Made by a program: the position numbers and the translations under genes | Notes under the pieces: model-generated | Database searches by the model: none | The model's input: the letters and a program-made list of their open reading frames with translations, nothing else | Told to the model about the DNA's origin: nothing | Part shown: positions 38,894 through 50,661 of the stretch, piece by piece | Layout of the letters: each line of letters opens with the position of its first letter | Position numbering within the stretch: the stretch's first letter is position 1 | From: Trichoplax sp. H2 | Lineage: Eukaryota | Reading direction: 5' to 3' | NCBI GenBank assembly: GCA_003344405.1 | Contig: NOWV01000014.1 | Span: forward strand, 372,001-436,000 | DNA length: 64,000 nucleotides

Positions 38894-40350
38894 AATTAAT
38901 CAATTTGAATATTATGGATTTCATTTTTTATGATGGGTTCTTTAGATTTGAAGTACAGTTGATTTTAACAACTCTTTCATGGTTTGGAAATGGTTGCAAA
39001 TCCTACTCGAATGATTTATCTATTATATAGTATGAATTAAAAGACACATTTGGTAATACGTCCAGTATTGGCGAAGTTGATTAAAAAAAATTTGGCTTTT
39101 ATTTACTCTACCCCTTAAATACCCAGTTTGTTATGACTTAAAACATTCAATAATTCATTTTGGATAGCTTACCTAAATTGATAATTTTATTCAGCTTTGT
39201 ATGTTTCATATTACTTTGGTAAATCAGCTTGCCTCAACAATACCTTGCATGTAGTGTAGTAGTTCATTTCATTAGTAATTTATTGCAATGTTGTTTACTC
39301 TGCATGAGAATGTGGTTAATGATAAAAGTTCAATGAATTATTATCCTAGCATCTGCATGAGTAAAGTCTTCAGCTATTTATCTATTAATGGCAATGTAAA
39401 TTCCAATTTTTCTGCATGTCATTCCTGTTGACTGCTCAATCAGTAATGACCTAATCCCTTCTACCTTATGCACTAATAAAGAGCATCATGATACGCAATC
39501 GAATGACGTCAACTATGACTTTTCAACGAACGATTGAAAATGTAGATCAGCAGTCCAGATATCCGTTCGAAACTCATTGTTCACAGCCTTCTGTAATGGA
39601 GAATTGTCCACATCTTATGATGACCTATTAAAAGCTGCCTTAAAATAGGAATTGCATATACAATTGGTATTTTATATATCTGAATCATGGACTGCTAGAA
39701 ATTGCTAATGTAGCCCATGTTTTGGACGTATGGTCGTTTTAATGGGGTCCGTCTGCACGTCCGTTGGTCAAACACAGAATCCCTGCACTTCTTCTTACAG
39801 TACAGTACTGTAGAGTAGAGTGTAAAGTGTACAGTACTGTACTGTACTGCTACAGTACTGCGAACTGTATACCGTGCTCTAGTGACCAGTATTACATCAA
39901 ATTTCATCATTTCAATGTTCACTCATGTAATCATGACTGTACTGGTACTGTACTGTATATAAGTCAAGGTAAATGACCAATTTCAATTACAACCTGTCAA
40001 GTCTCAAGTTGCAGCATCAGTCAACTGTTTCACTACACCTGATCAAGGCAATATCAACCGCAGTACGGCAGTAGCACTCATTACTTTCATATACAGTACA
40101 CTAGTATTTGCAATTGTTGATCATCTAGTGCACTCCTTACCTCGGTCGACCAGCACCAATAGACTTTGGTAGTAAAGGTACTCATTGAATTACTGACTCT
40201 TGCTGCTGCAGCAAAGTCAGTATCAAGATCGATTGAAACGCCCAACGTTGACTGCTGACCAGTGGATTATTTTCATTGGATGAAGTGACCTGACCCACCA
40301 AAGCGTTGACCACACTCATCCGTCTCTCTCGACAGCCAGTAGGACACAGT

Positions 40351-42326
40351 ATGAAAATTGCAAGTTTCATCAACGGTGCTGAAGCATCAGCTGACGACAG
40401 TCAACACCGACGTTACATTGACAGCGACGTCATGAAAGCCGATGACGATCAACAACATGGTGGCAGGGTAAAACCTTACCAGATTATTATGTTATGTTGT
40501 GCGTATCGTATACAGGAACAGAACTTGCTTATGGTGTTCAAGCGGCTTATGTTACTCCAATCTTAGCTGGTTTAGGAATTCCATTACGCTATTTAACGTT
40601 AGCTTGGGCCATTAGCCCAATACTAGGGTTATTGACGCAGCCAGTGATAGGATCATGGTCGGATTCGTGTACATGTCCATGGGGGAGACGACGGCCATTC
40701 ATGGTTGCCATGGCTATTGGTATCTTGATCGGTCTATTAGCAACAGCGTTTGGTAAAGACTTGGGCTTATTAGTGTCGTCCAATAGTTTATCCTTTGCAA
40801 TCGCCTTCACTTTGATTGGCAACGGGATATTAGATTATTCATTAGATTCATCAGGTGTACCTTGTCGTGCTTACCTCTTTGATGTAACTCCGCAAAATCA
40901 GGAGCACAAGTTTCAAAGATTGGCTGCTATTTTTGCCTCTGTTGGTGCTATTGCTGGCTATTTAATATGTGGAATTGAATGGAATTTCGCCTTTGGTCAA
41001 GTTATCTTTGATCAAGCTCATTCAGTATTCATCTTAACCGCAGTCTTGGTTTGTTTATTTTATATTGTATCTTTATTCAGTGTCAAGGAAGTCCCATTTA
41101 TACAAACACAACAACATCGACTCGATGCTGCAACCGGAAGCAAGGAAATCCAATTGCAGGATACTAGCCAACATGCCCAATCGCAACATTCAAATGATAT
41201 TGTCATCAATGAAGACCAAACTGGTAGAGAAATACAAGCCAATCCTAGTCGTTCACATATAAAAGCAGTCTTTTATGCTGTTACAAAAATGCCAAGAGAA
41301 TTTGCCATTTTATGCTTATTAGACTCCATAGCATGGATAGGTTATGTTTGTTTTAGTGTATTTTATACCGATTTCGTTGGAATTGAAGTATTCAAGGGCA
41401 ATCCCACTGCACCATTGAATTCTACTGACTATTTACTCTATCAGAGAGGTGTTAAAATTGGAAGTTGGGGATTACTCGGTCAATCTGCTTTTGGAGGAGC
41501 ATTTGCCTTGTGTCTGGAGAGGATATGTAGAGTGACTGGTATGATTAGTATAATTTGAATCATTTTCAAATTTTTGACGAATGATACAATCAATATATGG
41601 CTGTAGATTGAAAAGTTAAGCCAACTGTTTGTTATATATATATACTTATATTCGTGTACATAAACTTTTAGGAAGTCGTTTAATAATGATTGGCGGATTC
41701 TCATTGGTGGGATTATTATTATTTATTATGGCTTTTGTTAAAGTTTTACCATTTGTCATTGCTGCTGGTACATTGACTGGTATCGTTTTTGCTATCATCT
41801 ATTCTATACCCTTTGGTCTAGTTGGACAATATCATGCAGCTTTTAAGGTAAATGACATAACAACTCGTACACTATATGCTGTGCCCTAATTCTATCGATT
41901 GTAACGAGCTTAGAATAAACTACTATAATAAAAATCTAGATGGATTGACAATCTTATTGGGATGGAATACTATTTTATAGATGTGTATGAAATAATATGT
42001 ACAGTATGACGTTAACTATTCTTTGTCAAATTAAATTGTAGGATGATCCTCGATGGAGTACCAGGGGTTTTGGTATCGATTCTGCTATCTTAAATAGTTG
42101 TATGTATGCTGGACAATTAACGGTATCATTTTGTGTTGGCGCTATAGTCGAAGCAAGTGGTACTAGAGATGCTGCAGCGATGACGATGGGTGGATGCCTA
42201 CTGACATGTGCTTTTCTATCCATATTTGTTGTTGAGCCACAGACAAAGCCATCACAAGTTGAACTCAATGATTTCACCGCCAATGAAAATAGGAACAATG
42301 ATTGCACCACTGTTGGTGTAGTTTAG
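40351..42326 (+). CDS. SLC45/sucrose-transporter-family MFS protein, copy A, with a 5-nt frameshift before TM1
   Basis: Exons 40351-41538, 41672-41847 (176 nt), 42042-42326. Motifs AYVTP, WSDSCTCPWGRRRPF, PCRAY, FYTDFVG, RGFGIDSA. The N-terminal VKPYQIIML lies in a different frame from the rest (shift at 40489-40511). Confidence 0.88.
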
Positions 42327-43254
42327 ATTTAACCAATGGTTCAATATCAATCCCTTTACGAATTACCTTCTATTTTTACGAAAGTACTATCGAATTTGTT
42401 AAACTGTAAATTATTTATTTGCAATCACCGTTGAAATGGAATTTTTTATCTGAATGAAATAAGCGCATAAATATTATAAATTTCAATTATTTGGGCAAAG
42501 CGACCTGACTTACTTATAAATGTATGTTGACTGAAAAATTTTTATGATTTTTATCGACATAATTAGTAAATGATATGGGTCTATAATTTATGATTGAAAT
42601 GAAGTGATGATGAGCATGCTTGCAAGCAGTTATCACATTTCACCATATACTACCTGTATGAATACTGCAGTGTTGCTGTTTTTATAAGTTCTTTAAACTT
42701 TATTTTTGAATATTATTGGATACATTTGCCTGTTTATCTGATGTATTATAATTATTTATCTAAAATTTGAGGAATTGTCAGCCATTTTATTACATTGTAT
42801 CAGGACTTCTAAGAGGAAATTGGCTTAAAAGTCCCTGATTTTACGCAGATTTGCTATTCTCTGTTACCTGAACTCTTTCAAGTAAATTATTTATGTAACA
42901 GTTTTATTGTTGACCAATTTATAGTACTATTAAATAACTTTGATTAAAACCATTATAATATCATACTTACTATGTGCTAATACCGCGCATGTTTTGACAA
43001 TCTTCTGAGGCTAATTGTTAGTTCTAACTTACGACGTATACCGAAAATAGTAGATATGTATCAGCTCAACGAAATGGTCTGACAATCCTTTAAGACTGAT
43101 ATTTTAGTTTTTTATTGTACTGTACTACAAAATAACAGATATGTATCAGTTCGGCGAATTAGTCTGGCTTATTGGTTTGTAGTAGCGATATTTTACTAAA
43201 CGTTTTATTGTATTGGTAGACGATATTTTATACGGTTAATCCGAGCCTGGGCGT

Positions 43255-43268
43255 GGTGCCATGGCAAC
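43255..43268. promoter_or_regulatory. Near-perfect RFX X-box upstream of SLC45 copy B
   Basis: GGTGCCATGGCAAC is one mismatch from the palindrome GTTGCCATGGCAAC and abuts a GGGCGTGG (Sp/KLF-type) box, ~660 bp upstream of the ATG. Confidence 0.45.
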
Positions 43269-43927
43269 TACCTTCTATTAATTAACTGCGATTAAGCGAC
43301 GATATTACAGTCGGCTGTAGTATGCCAATACCGTCCTTTCAATATGAATGATGTACAGATTTTAGAGTTCTACAGCACGAAAGAAGGAGACCAGGTTGTA
43401 ATTTGTGTGGTGTCCTGCAGTTTCAGACAATTACAGCATAGACAGTGTGCTGCACAGTTACTGTTTATACCATACTGCCCATGGCGTCCCATCAAAAATA
43501 CAGAGTTTGGAAGCTATTCCTACAATATTTGAATGAAATAAAGCCTTGATCATTCAATAATATCACTGCAATATACTGTAGCACACTATAGCGCATTTTA
43601 CCTACTGTACGAAACAGTAGAGTAAACAATTTACAGTAGTGCACTAGCCTTTTTATTGTGATTTAATTTCTTTCTAGTCGATTGTAGGTGAATCAGCCGG
43701 GCTGATAGAATTGCTAGAGTAACAATATCAAAGATCATATTATACTCGTAATTATATCAGTTGGACTATCCAACTTGCAGTAGTTGAAGACATCTACTTG
43801 GGGGAGGCTTCAATCATTTTTACATACAACAGTCGACGATTTACTTAGGAACTTCCCGGCCGTAAAGACTATATATGGCATTGCTTTATTTCTAGAGTAG
43901 CAATTCTTCATTCAGTTTATAATAATA

Positions 43928-45724
43928 ATGGGTGCCGATGAAAATTGGAATGGAAATAACCCTCAGGAGAAAATATTCAGTCCAGAAAATGATCATCACC
44001 CGATCAAAGTCAACGCTAAACCTTATCAAATTGTCATGCTGTGTGGTTTTTCAGTGGCTACTGGAATAGGCTATAGCGCCCAATCTGCTTACGTAACACC
44101 TATTTTAGCTGAATTAGGCATGCCTGTACGTTACTTGACTTATGTTTGGAGTTTCAGCCCTATCGTTGGTTTGATTACCCAACCTTTTATTGGATCCATG
44201 TCAGACGGATGCACCTCAAGATGGGGTAGAAGGCGACCATTTATTTTAGCTTTTGCTATCGGTACTTTGATTGGTTTACTACTACTAGGCTTCGGTAAAG
44301 ATATCGGATTAGCTATATTGCCCGGTAAGACAAGTGTAGCAATCGCTTTAGTTCTTATAGGCAATGGAATTCTTGATTATAGTTCAGATGCAAGTCAAAG
44401 CCCAGCTCGAGCCTATCTATGCGATGTAACACCAGAAGGGCAAGAACAACGAGCTCATAGAATCTGTACTATTTTAATGGGTTTAGCCAATGTTGTTGGT
44501 TTTTGTATCTGTGCTATCGATTGGGATGAGTTATTTATGCGCGATGATGGAACTGTTCCGATAACATCCGTTCAATTTGTTTTCCTTCTTAGTGGCATCT
44601 TGTCTACCATAGCCTTTATAGTTTGCATATTTAGTGTTCGCGAAATTCCTTTATCAAAAGTCGACAAGCAAAAGCAGATAAAAAGGGAACAAGACATTGC
44701 AGATAATCGACCTACTGCACAGGATAATGACGTCAAAGTCATTACTGAAAACGAAGAGAATGACTGTAATGAGAAACCCGTTTCTTGCTTACATTCTGTT
44801 TATAATGGATTTGTACAATTGCCTAAGGAATTGCTGGTTTTAGTCATTATGAATACACTATCATGGACTGGTTTCATTACTTTTATTGTTTTCTACACTG
44901 ATTATATTGGTATCGTGATCTATAATGGAGATCCAACCGCTGCAGCTAATACTACTGAGTATGCATTATATACTGTTGGTGTGAAGACAGGTAGTTGGGC
45001 TCTTGTTGGTTATGCTGCTGTGACTGGAGTTTATGCATTATCTCTTGATATTATCGAAAGATACGTTAGTAAGTATTCCAAGTCAGAATAAAAATTTTAA
45101 ATATTATGATCAGTAGAATAAACATCTTATACTCATAAATATGAAATCTTTTTTTTTATAGGCGTTCGTATTCTGTTACTGTTGGGATACGGAGGTGTCG
45201 GTGGTCTAATAATTTTAATGTCTCAAATAAATTCTCTTCCATTAGCTGTAACTATCAGTTGTAGTCTAGGTATCAGTTTTGCTACAATGTTTTCCATACC
45301 GTATGCCTTAGTAGGCGAATATCATGTTTATTTCAAGGTCGGTTAGCGTACTAGTGACTGATATATACAATTTGTTAATATACTGTATTTCAATGCAGCG
45401 GTATCATAAAAATACCTTAACTGATTACATGATATTGTATTACAGAATGATCCACGATGGAAAAGTAGAGGCTTTGGTTTTGATTCAGCTATGCTAAATT
45501 CTTGCACTTACGTCGCTCAATTAATCGTTTCATTCGGCGTAGGTGCTATTATTGAGGCTGCTGGAAGTAGAAATGCCGCCATTTTATTTAGTGGAATTTG
45601 CTATGTAGCTAGCGGATTAACGTCAATAGCAGTAAGTGTGTTACCAAAATCCGATTGCGACGAGGCAGAAAGTGAACCAAAATCACCAAAGTTAATAGTT
45701 ATGCAACAAGTAACATCTATTTAG
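43928..45724 (+). CDS. SLC45-family sugar transporter, copy B, 3 exons, ~531 aa
   Basis: Exons 43928-45068, 45162-45337 (176 nt), 45446-45724; intact frame; MSDGCTSRWGRRRPF, PARAY, FYTDYIG, RGFGFDSA. Confidence 0.93.
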
Positions 45725-46200
45725 CTACTGGAATAAACGTAATAGACTAAAGAAAGAATCCTAGCGCGAGCTTTATGGCATCCTAACGTTGAATAACATT
45801 AATATAACTTGCATCATTAATGCTAACCGCTTTTCTGACTGTAACTTAAAGCATGATATAATACCATCTAAATAAGAATGAAATTATCAGTAAAAGTTTA
45901 ATTTTTTTTTTGAAAAATTAAAGATTATCGGATCATTTTATTTAATACGCGATTTACTCGTAGGCACTGATTTTAACCATTCTAAATTTTAATCGATGAA
46001 TAGTAACTGCTTATCGTTTATTCCCGACTAAATCAAAATGCTTTAATATTTCTTATTGATACTTCTACTCAATCGACTTGTGTTATAATTAATAATTGCA
46101 AACGGCTAAGTATTCGGATATTTATTGATGTTCGGATGTCCAGATTAACCGTTCTAAAGACAATGTATACGTACCCATACTTTACAGCATGTAATTCTTA

Positions 46201-47170
46201 AAATGTCGCAAGAATTAACTTTTTTAGGCTTTTATTAGACTCCATGGCTTGAATAAGTTATGTTTGTTTTAGTGTATTTTATACCGATTTCGTTGGAATT
46301 GAAATATTCGAGGCATCTCATAGCGCCACTTAATTCTACAGCCTAGACTATTTACTCTATGAGAGAAGTGTTAAAACTGAAAGTTGGGATTACCGTACCC
46401 CTCAAATCTGTGCTTGGATAAGCATTTACTTTGTATCTGGAGACGATGTGTAGAATGACTGGCGCTGTATGATCAGCATAATTTCAGTCATTTTCAAGTT
46501 TTACTAATGATACAAGTTATTGCAATAGATTGAAAGGTAAAATCAACTGTGAATATATCTGTATACATAATTTTTAGGAGTCGTTTAATAATCATAGTGA
46601 TTGGCGAAGTTCTATTGGTAAGATAATTACAGTATTTCTTCTTATTATTATGGATTTTGCTAATTTTCTACTATTAGTCATCGCTGCTGGTATATTGATT
46701 AGTATAGCTTTTGCTATCATCAGTTCTACACCCTGCGGTCTAGTTAGACAATGTCATTTAGTCTTTAGGGTGAATTGTAATTCTATATAATTATATAACA
46801 ACTCGCATACTGTATACTGCGTCAATAATTCTATTTATGACGATAAATTTGTAACTTATAATAAAGGATCTTAATTGATTCATGATTTTATAAGGATATA
46901 ACACTATTTTGTGAGGGTATAAATTAATATTCACGGTAAGACCTTAGCTATTCTTGAACAACTTAAATCGTAGAACGATCTTCCATGGAGTATAATCGAA
47001 GCAAGTGATACTAGAGATACTACAAATATCGCAATTCCTACTAGTGATAAGTGATTTTCAGGCTATTTTTTGTCGCCAAACTACAAATACAGCCATCACA
47101 GATTGAAGTCAACGATTTTACAGTCGATGAAAATAGGAATAATGATTGCACCACTACTAATGAAGTTTAG
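46201..47170 (+). pseudogene. 5'-truncated, intron-retaining pseudogene of SLC45 copy A (A')
   Basis: Collinear with ~41286-42326, e.g. identical ttatgtttgttttagtgtattttataccgatttcgttggaattgaa. TGG>TGA at ~46250, multiple indels, a deletion in the last exon; introns retained; no long ORF. Confidence 0.9.
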
Positions 47171-48322
47171 ATGAAACCAATGGTTCTATTCTAAATTATT
47201 AATTTGCAGTGACTTTTGAATTTTGTCTTAGTGAAATATGAATATTATGAATCTCAGTTATTCAGATCTTACCACCATATTGAAGTTTGTACCAGTATAA
47301 CCATGTTATAGCATTGTTAGCGTGTTCAATGTATGCATAATCACTGGTCATTGCTTATATTATTCTCAATTAAATTAAAACATTTCCAATACATTTCTTA
47401 TAAATACTTTTTGTTCTAAATAAGCTATGGTATAATATGCTTGATAATGAATGATATCGTTTTGTGTCTCATGAATATATTGGATAAATTTGCCTATTAA
47501 TTTGTCAAATAGATTATTTAAATTTAAGAAATTATCAGTCATATTATAATACTGTACGTGGATTTACTATTCAATGTCACTTGAGGAATTCTTTTAGCTG
47601 AATTATTATGTCACAGTTTAGCTGGTACTCAATTCATTATTAAATAACGTTAACTGAATCAAAATTATCCTATCTAATATATGCTATTATTGAATACATT
47701 TTGACCATCCTTTGAGGCTAATTGTCAGTTCTAAGTTATGCTGTAAAATAATAGATATGCATCAGCTCAACCAATAAGTTCATCTTGTTATTTCTAGTAA
47801 CAACGTTTTATTTTAAACGTTTTTAATCCTAGCCTATGAGATTAGGTGGCGTGCCATCAACGTTTCATTGGTAGCCGGATCAACTAGCTATTATCTCCAG
47901 CAAAGATTGTTAAGATTGCTGGTTTGCTGTGCTACGCCTGCACCATTTTCCCAATATGAATAAGTTGGGGTGGCCTCATGATTAATAAATGGATTCTACG
48001 CTCACAGTTGCCATACATGATGGTTATCGGCTATCTTTGTGCAACACGACAGAAGATGAGGTTATAATTTGTGTAGTTGCAGTCTGGCAGGCGAAAGAGC
48101 ATAATGCACACCACATCCCTTCCAAAATGCATAGAGTATGGAAGTAACTAGCTTGAAATGCTCAAATCAAATAGCTTTGGCCAATCCAGTTCCAACTACA
48201 GTATACACTGTGCTGTACAATATACATTAATCAATCCTAGCTTTGATGAATCAGTCGCAGTATTGGCTAAAAGGGCTAGTCAAATCCTAGCTTTGACCAA
48301 TCAATCCTAGTATTGACAAAAC

Positions 48323-48411
48323 ATATATATATATATATATATTGTATGTATATATATATATTGTATGTATATATACTGTATATATATATTATATATATAT
48401 ATGTATACTGG

Positions 48412-48442
<31 letters not shown>
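48323..48442. repeat. Imperfect (TA)n microsatellite upstream of SLC45 copy C
   Basis: Several interrupted TA runs read directly. Confidence 0.95.
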
Positions 48443-48863
48443 CACTGCATTGTATACAGTACTCTATGTACATTATGACGTATATCGCTACTGTAGCAAA
48501 CACTGGAGTAGTTCAGTGACCTTTTGTCATGATTCGATTCTACTGAACAAATAAATATACAGTAAAATTGTTATTCAATAATAACTATCAGTCGATTATT
48601 GGTGTATTAGCCAGGTGATTGGTTAGAGTATCGGGAAGCCAAATTGCAATACTTCTTGCTTACATATTGTATTACCATTGGAAAAACACATATTGCCACA
48701 ATTGGATTATCCATCTCAGTCGAGTGCATCCACTTTTTGCGTTATCGATTATTTCTTCCATCTTACTGTTGATGATCTGTTCAGGAAGTTGAGGGCAGTG
48801 AAGATTGTGTGTGGTTTTGCTTTGCTTTTGAAGTAGGAATTCTTCATTGAACCGGCAGTAATT

Positions 48864-50661
48864 ATGGATCACAATGAAATGGGTGAAGGAAATAGCCATC
48901 AGGAGAAAATCTCCGATCCAGAAGATGGTCACGACCCGATCAAAGTCAACGCTAAACCTTATCAAATTGTCATGCTATGTTGTTTTTCAGCTGCTCTTGG
49001 AGTAGGCTATAGTGCCCAATCGGCTTATGTAACACCCATTTTAGCCCAGTTGGGCATGCCTTTACGTTACTTGACTTTTGTTTGGTGTTCTAGTCCTATC
49101 GTTGGCCTAATTACCCAACCTTTTATTGGATCCATGTCAGATGGATGCACATCAAAATGGGGTAGAAGGCGACCATTTATTTTAGCTTTTGCTATTGGCA
49201 TTTTACTCGGTCTATTACTAATCGGCTTCGGTCGAGATATCGGATTGGCTATATTGCCCGGTAAGACTAGTGTAGCTATCGCTTTAATCATTATAGGCAA
49301 TGGAATTCTTGATTATGGCTTAGACACAAGTCAAGGCCCAGCTCGAGCTTATCTGTACGATGTAACACCGGAAGGGCAAGAGCAACGAGCTCATAGAATT
49401 TGCACTATTTTAATGGGGTTAGCTAATGCTGTTGGTTATTGTATCTGTGCTATCGATTGGGATGAGTTATTTAGGCGTCAGGATGGTACCACTCCGATAA
49501 CATCCGTTCAATTTGTTTTTCTTATTAGTGGCATATTATCTACTATAGCTTTTATAGTTTGCTTATTTAGTGTTCACGAAATTCCTTTATCAAAAGCCAA
49601 CAAGCAAAAGCAGCTAAAAAGTCAACAAGACGTTACAGATGATAAACCTTCTTTACAGAACGATCACGATCAAGACGTTAAAGTCATTACTGAAAACGGA
49701 GAGAAAGACAATAAAGAAAAATCTGTTTCTTGCTTACGTTCTGTTTATAATGGATTTTTTCGATTGCCGAAGGAATTACTAGTTTTAGTCCTTATAAACA
49801 CACTATCATGGACTGGTTATATTACTTTTTTTGTTATCTACACCGATTTTATCGGTATCGAAATCTATAAAGGAGATCCTACAGCTGCAACTAATACTAC
49901 TGAATATGCATTATATACAGTTGGTGTGAAGACAGGTAGTTGGGCTCTTGTTGGCTTTGCTATTGTTACTGGAGTCTATGCATTAGCTCTTGATGTTATT
50001 GAAAGATACGTTAGTAAGTATTCCAACTTAGAATAAGGATTTTAAATATTATGATCGGTAGAACAAACATTTTATGCTCATAGACATAAATTCCTTTTTA
50101 CACAGGTGCTCGTATTTTGTTACTATTTGGATATGGAGGTGTCGGTGGTCTAGTGATTTTAATGTCACAAATTACTTCTCTTCCATTAGCTGTTGCTATT
50201 GGTTGTAGTGTTGGCATCAATTTTGCTACAATGTTTTCCATACCGTATGCCTTAGTAGGCGAATATCATGTTTATTTCAAGGTTGGTTTCACACTAATGA
50301 CTATACTATCAGATTTCTTGACCGTATTTTAATAAAATACTTATAATAACATGCTTTAATGATAATTTATATTGCCACATAGAATGACCCACGATGGAAA
50401 GATAGAGGTTTTGGCGTCGATTCAGCTATATTAAATTCTTGCTTCTATGTAGCTCAATTAGTCGTTGCATTCAGCGTAGGTGGTATCATTGAGGCTGCTG
50501 GAAGTAGAAACGCAGCCGTTTTATTTGGTGGAGTTTGCTATGTAGCTAGCGGATTAATGTCAATTGGAATAACTTCGGTGCCAAAAACCGAATGCGAAGA
50601 GACGGAAAGCGAACCAAAATCGCCCAAATTGCAAATGTTACAAAAAGAAACTTCTATTTAG
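48864..50661 (+). CDS. SLC45-family sugar transporter, copy C (close paralogue of B), 3 exons, ~534 aa
   Basis: Exons 48864-50013, 50106-50281 (176 nt), 50383-50661; intact frame, highly similar to B including intron sequence; ends ETSI*. Confidence 0.93.

Noticed and set aside
48276-48554. Tyr/Ile-rich ORFs on both strands
   Set aside because: Translations of the (TA)n microsatellite.
40589-49300. Three similar minus-strand ORFs (40589, 44140, 49067) suggesting an antisense gene family
   Set aside because: Antisense shadows of conserved hydrophobic SLC45 codons; the similarity is explained by the sense-strand paralogy.
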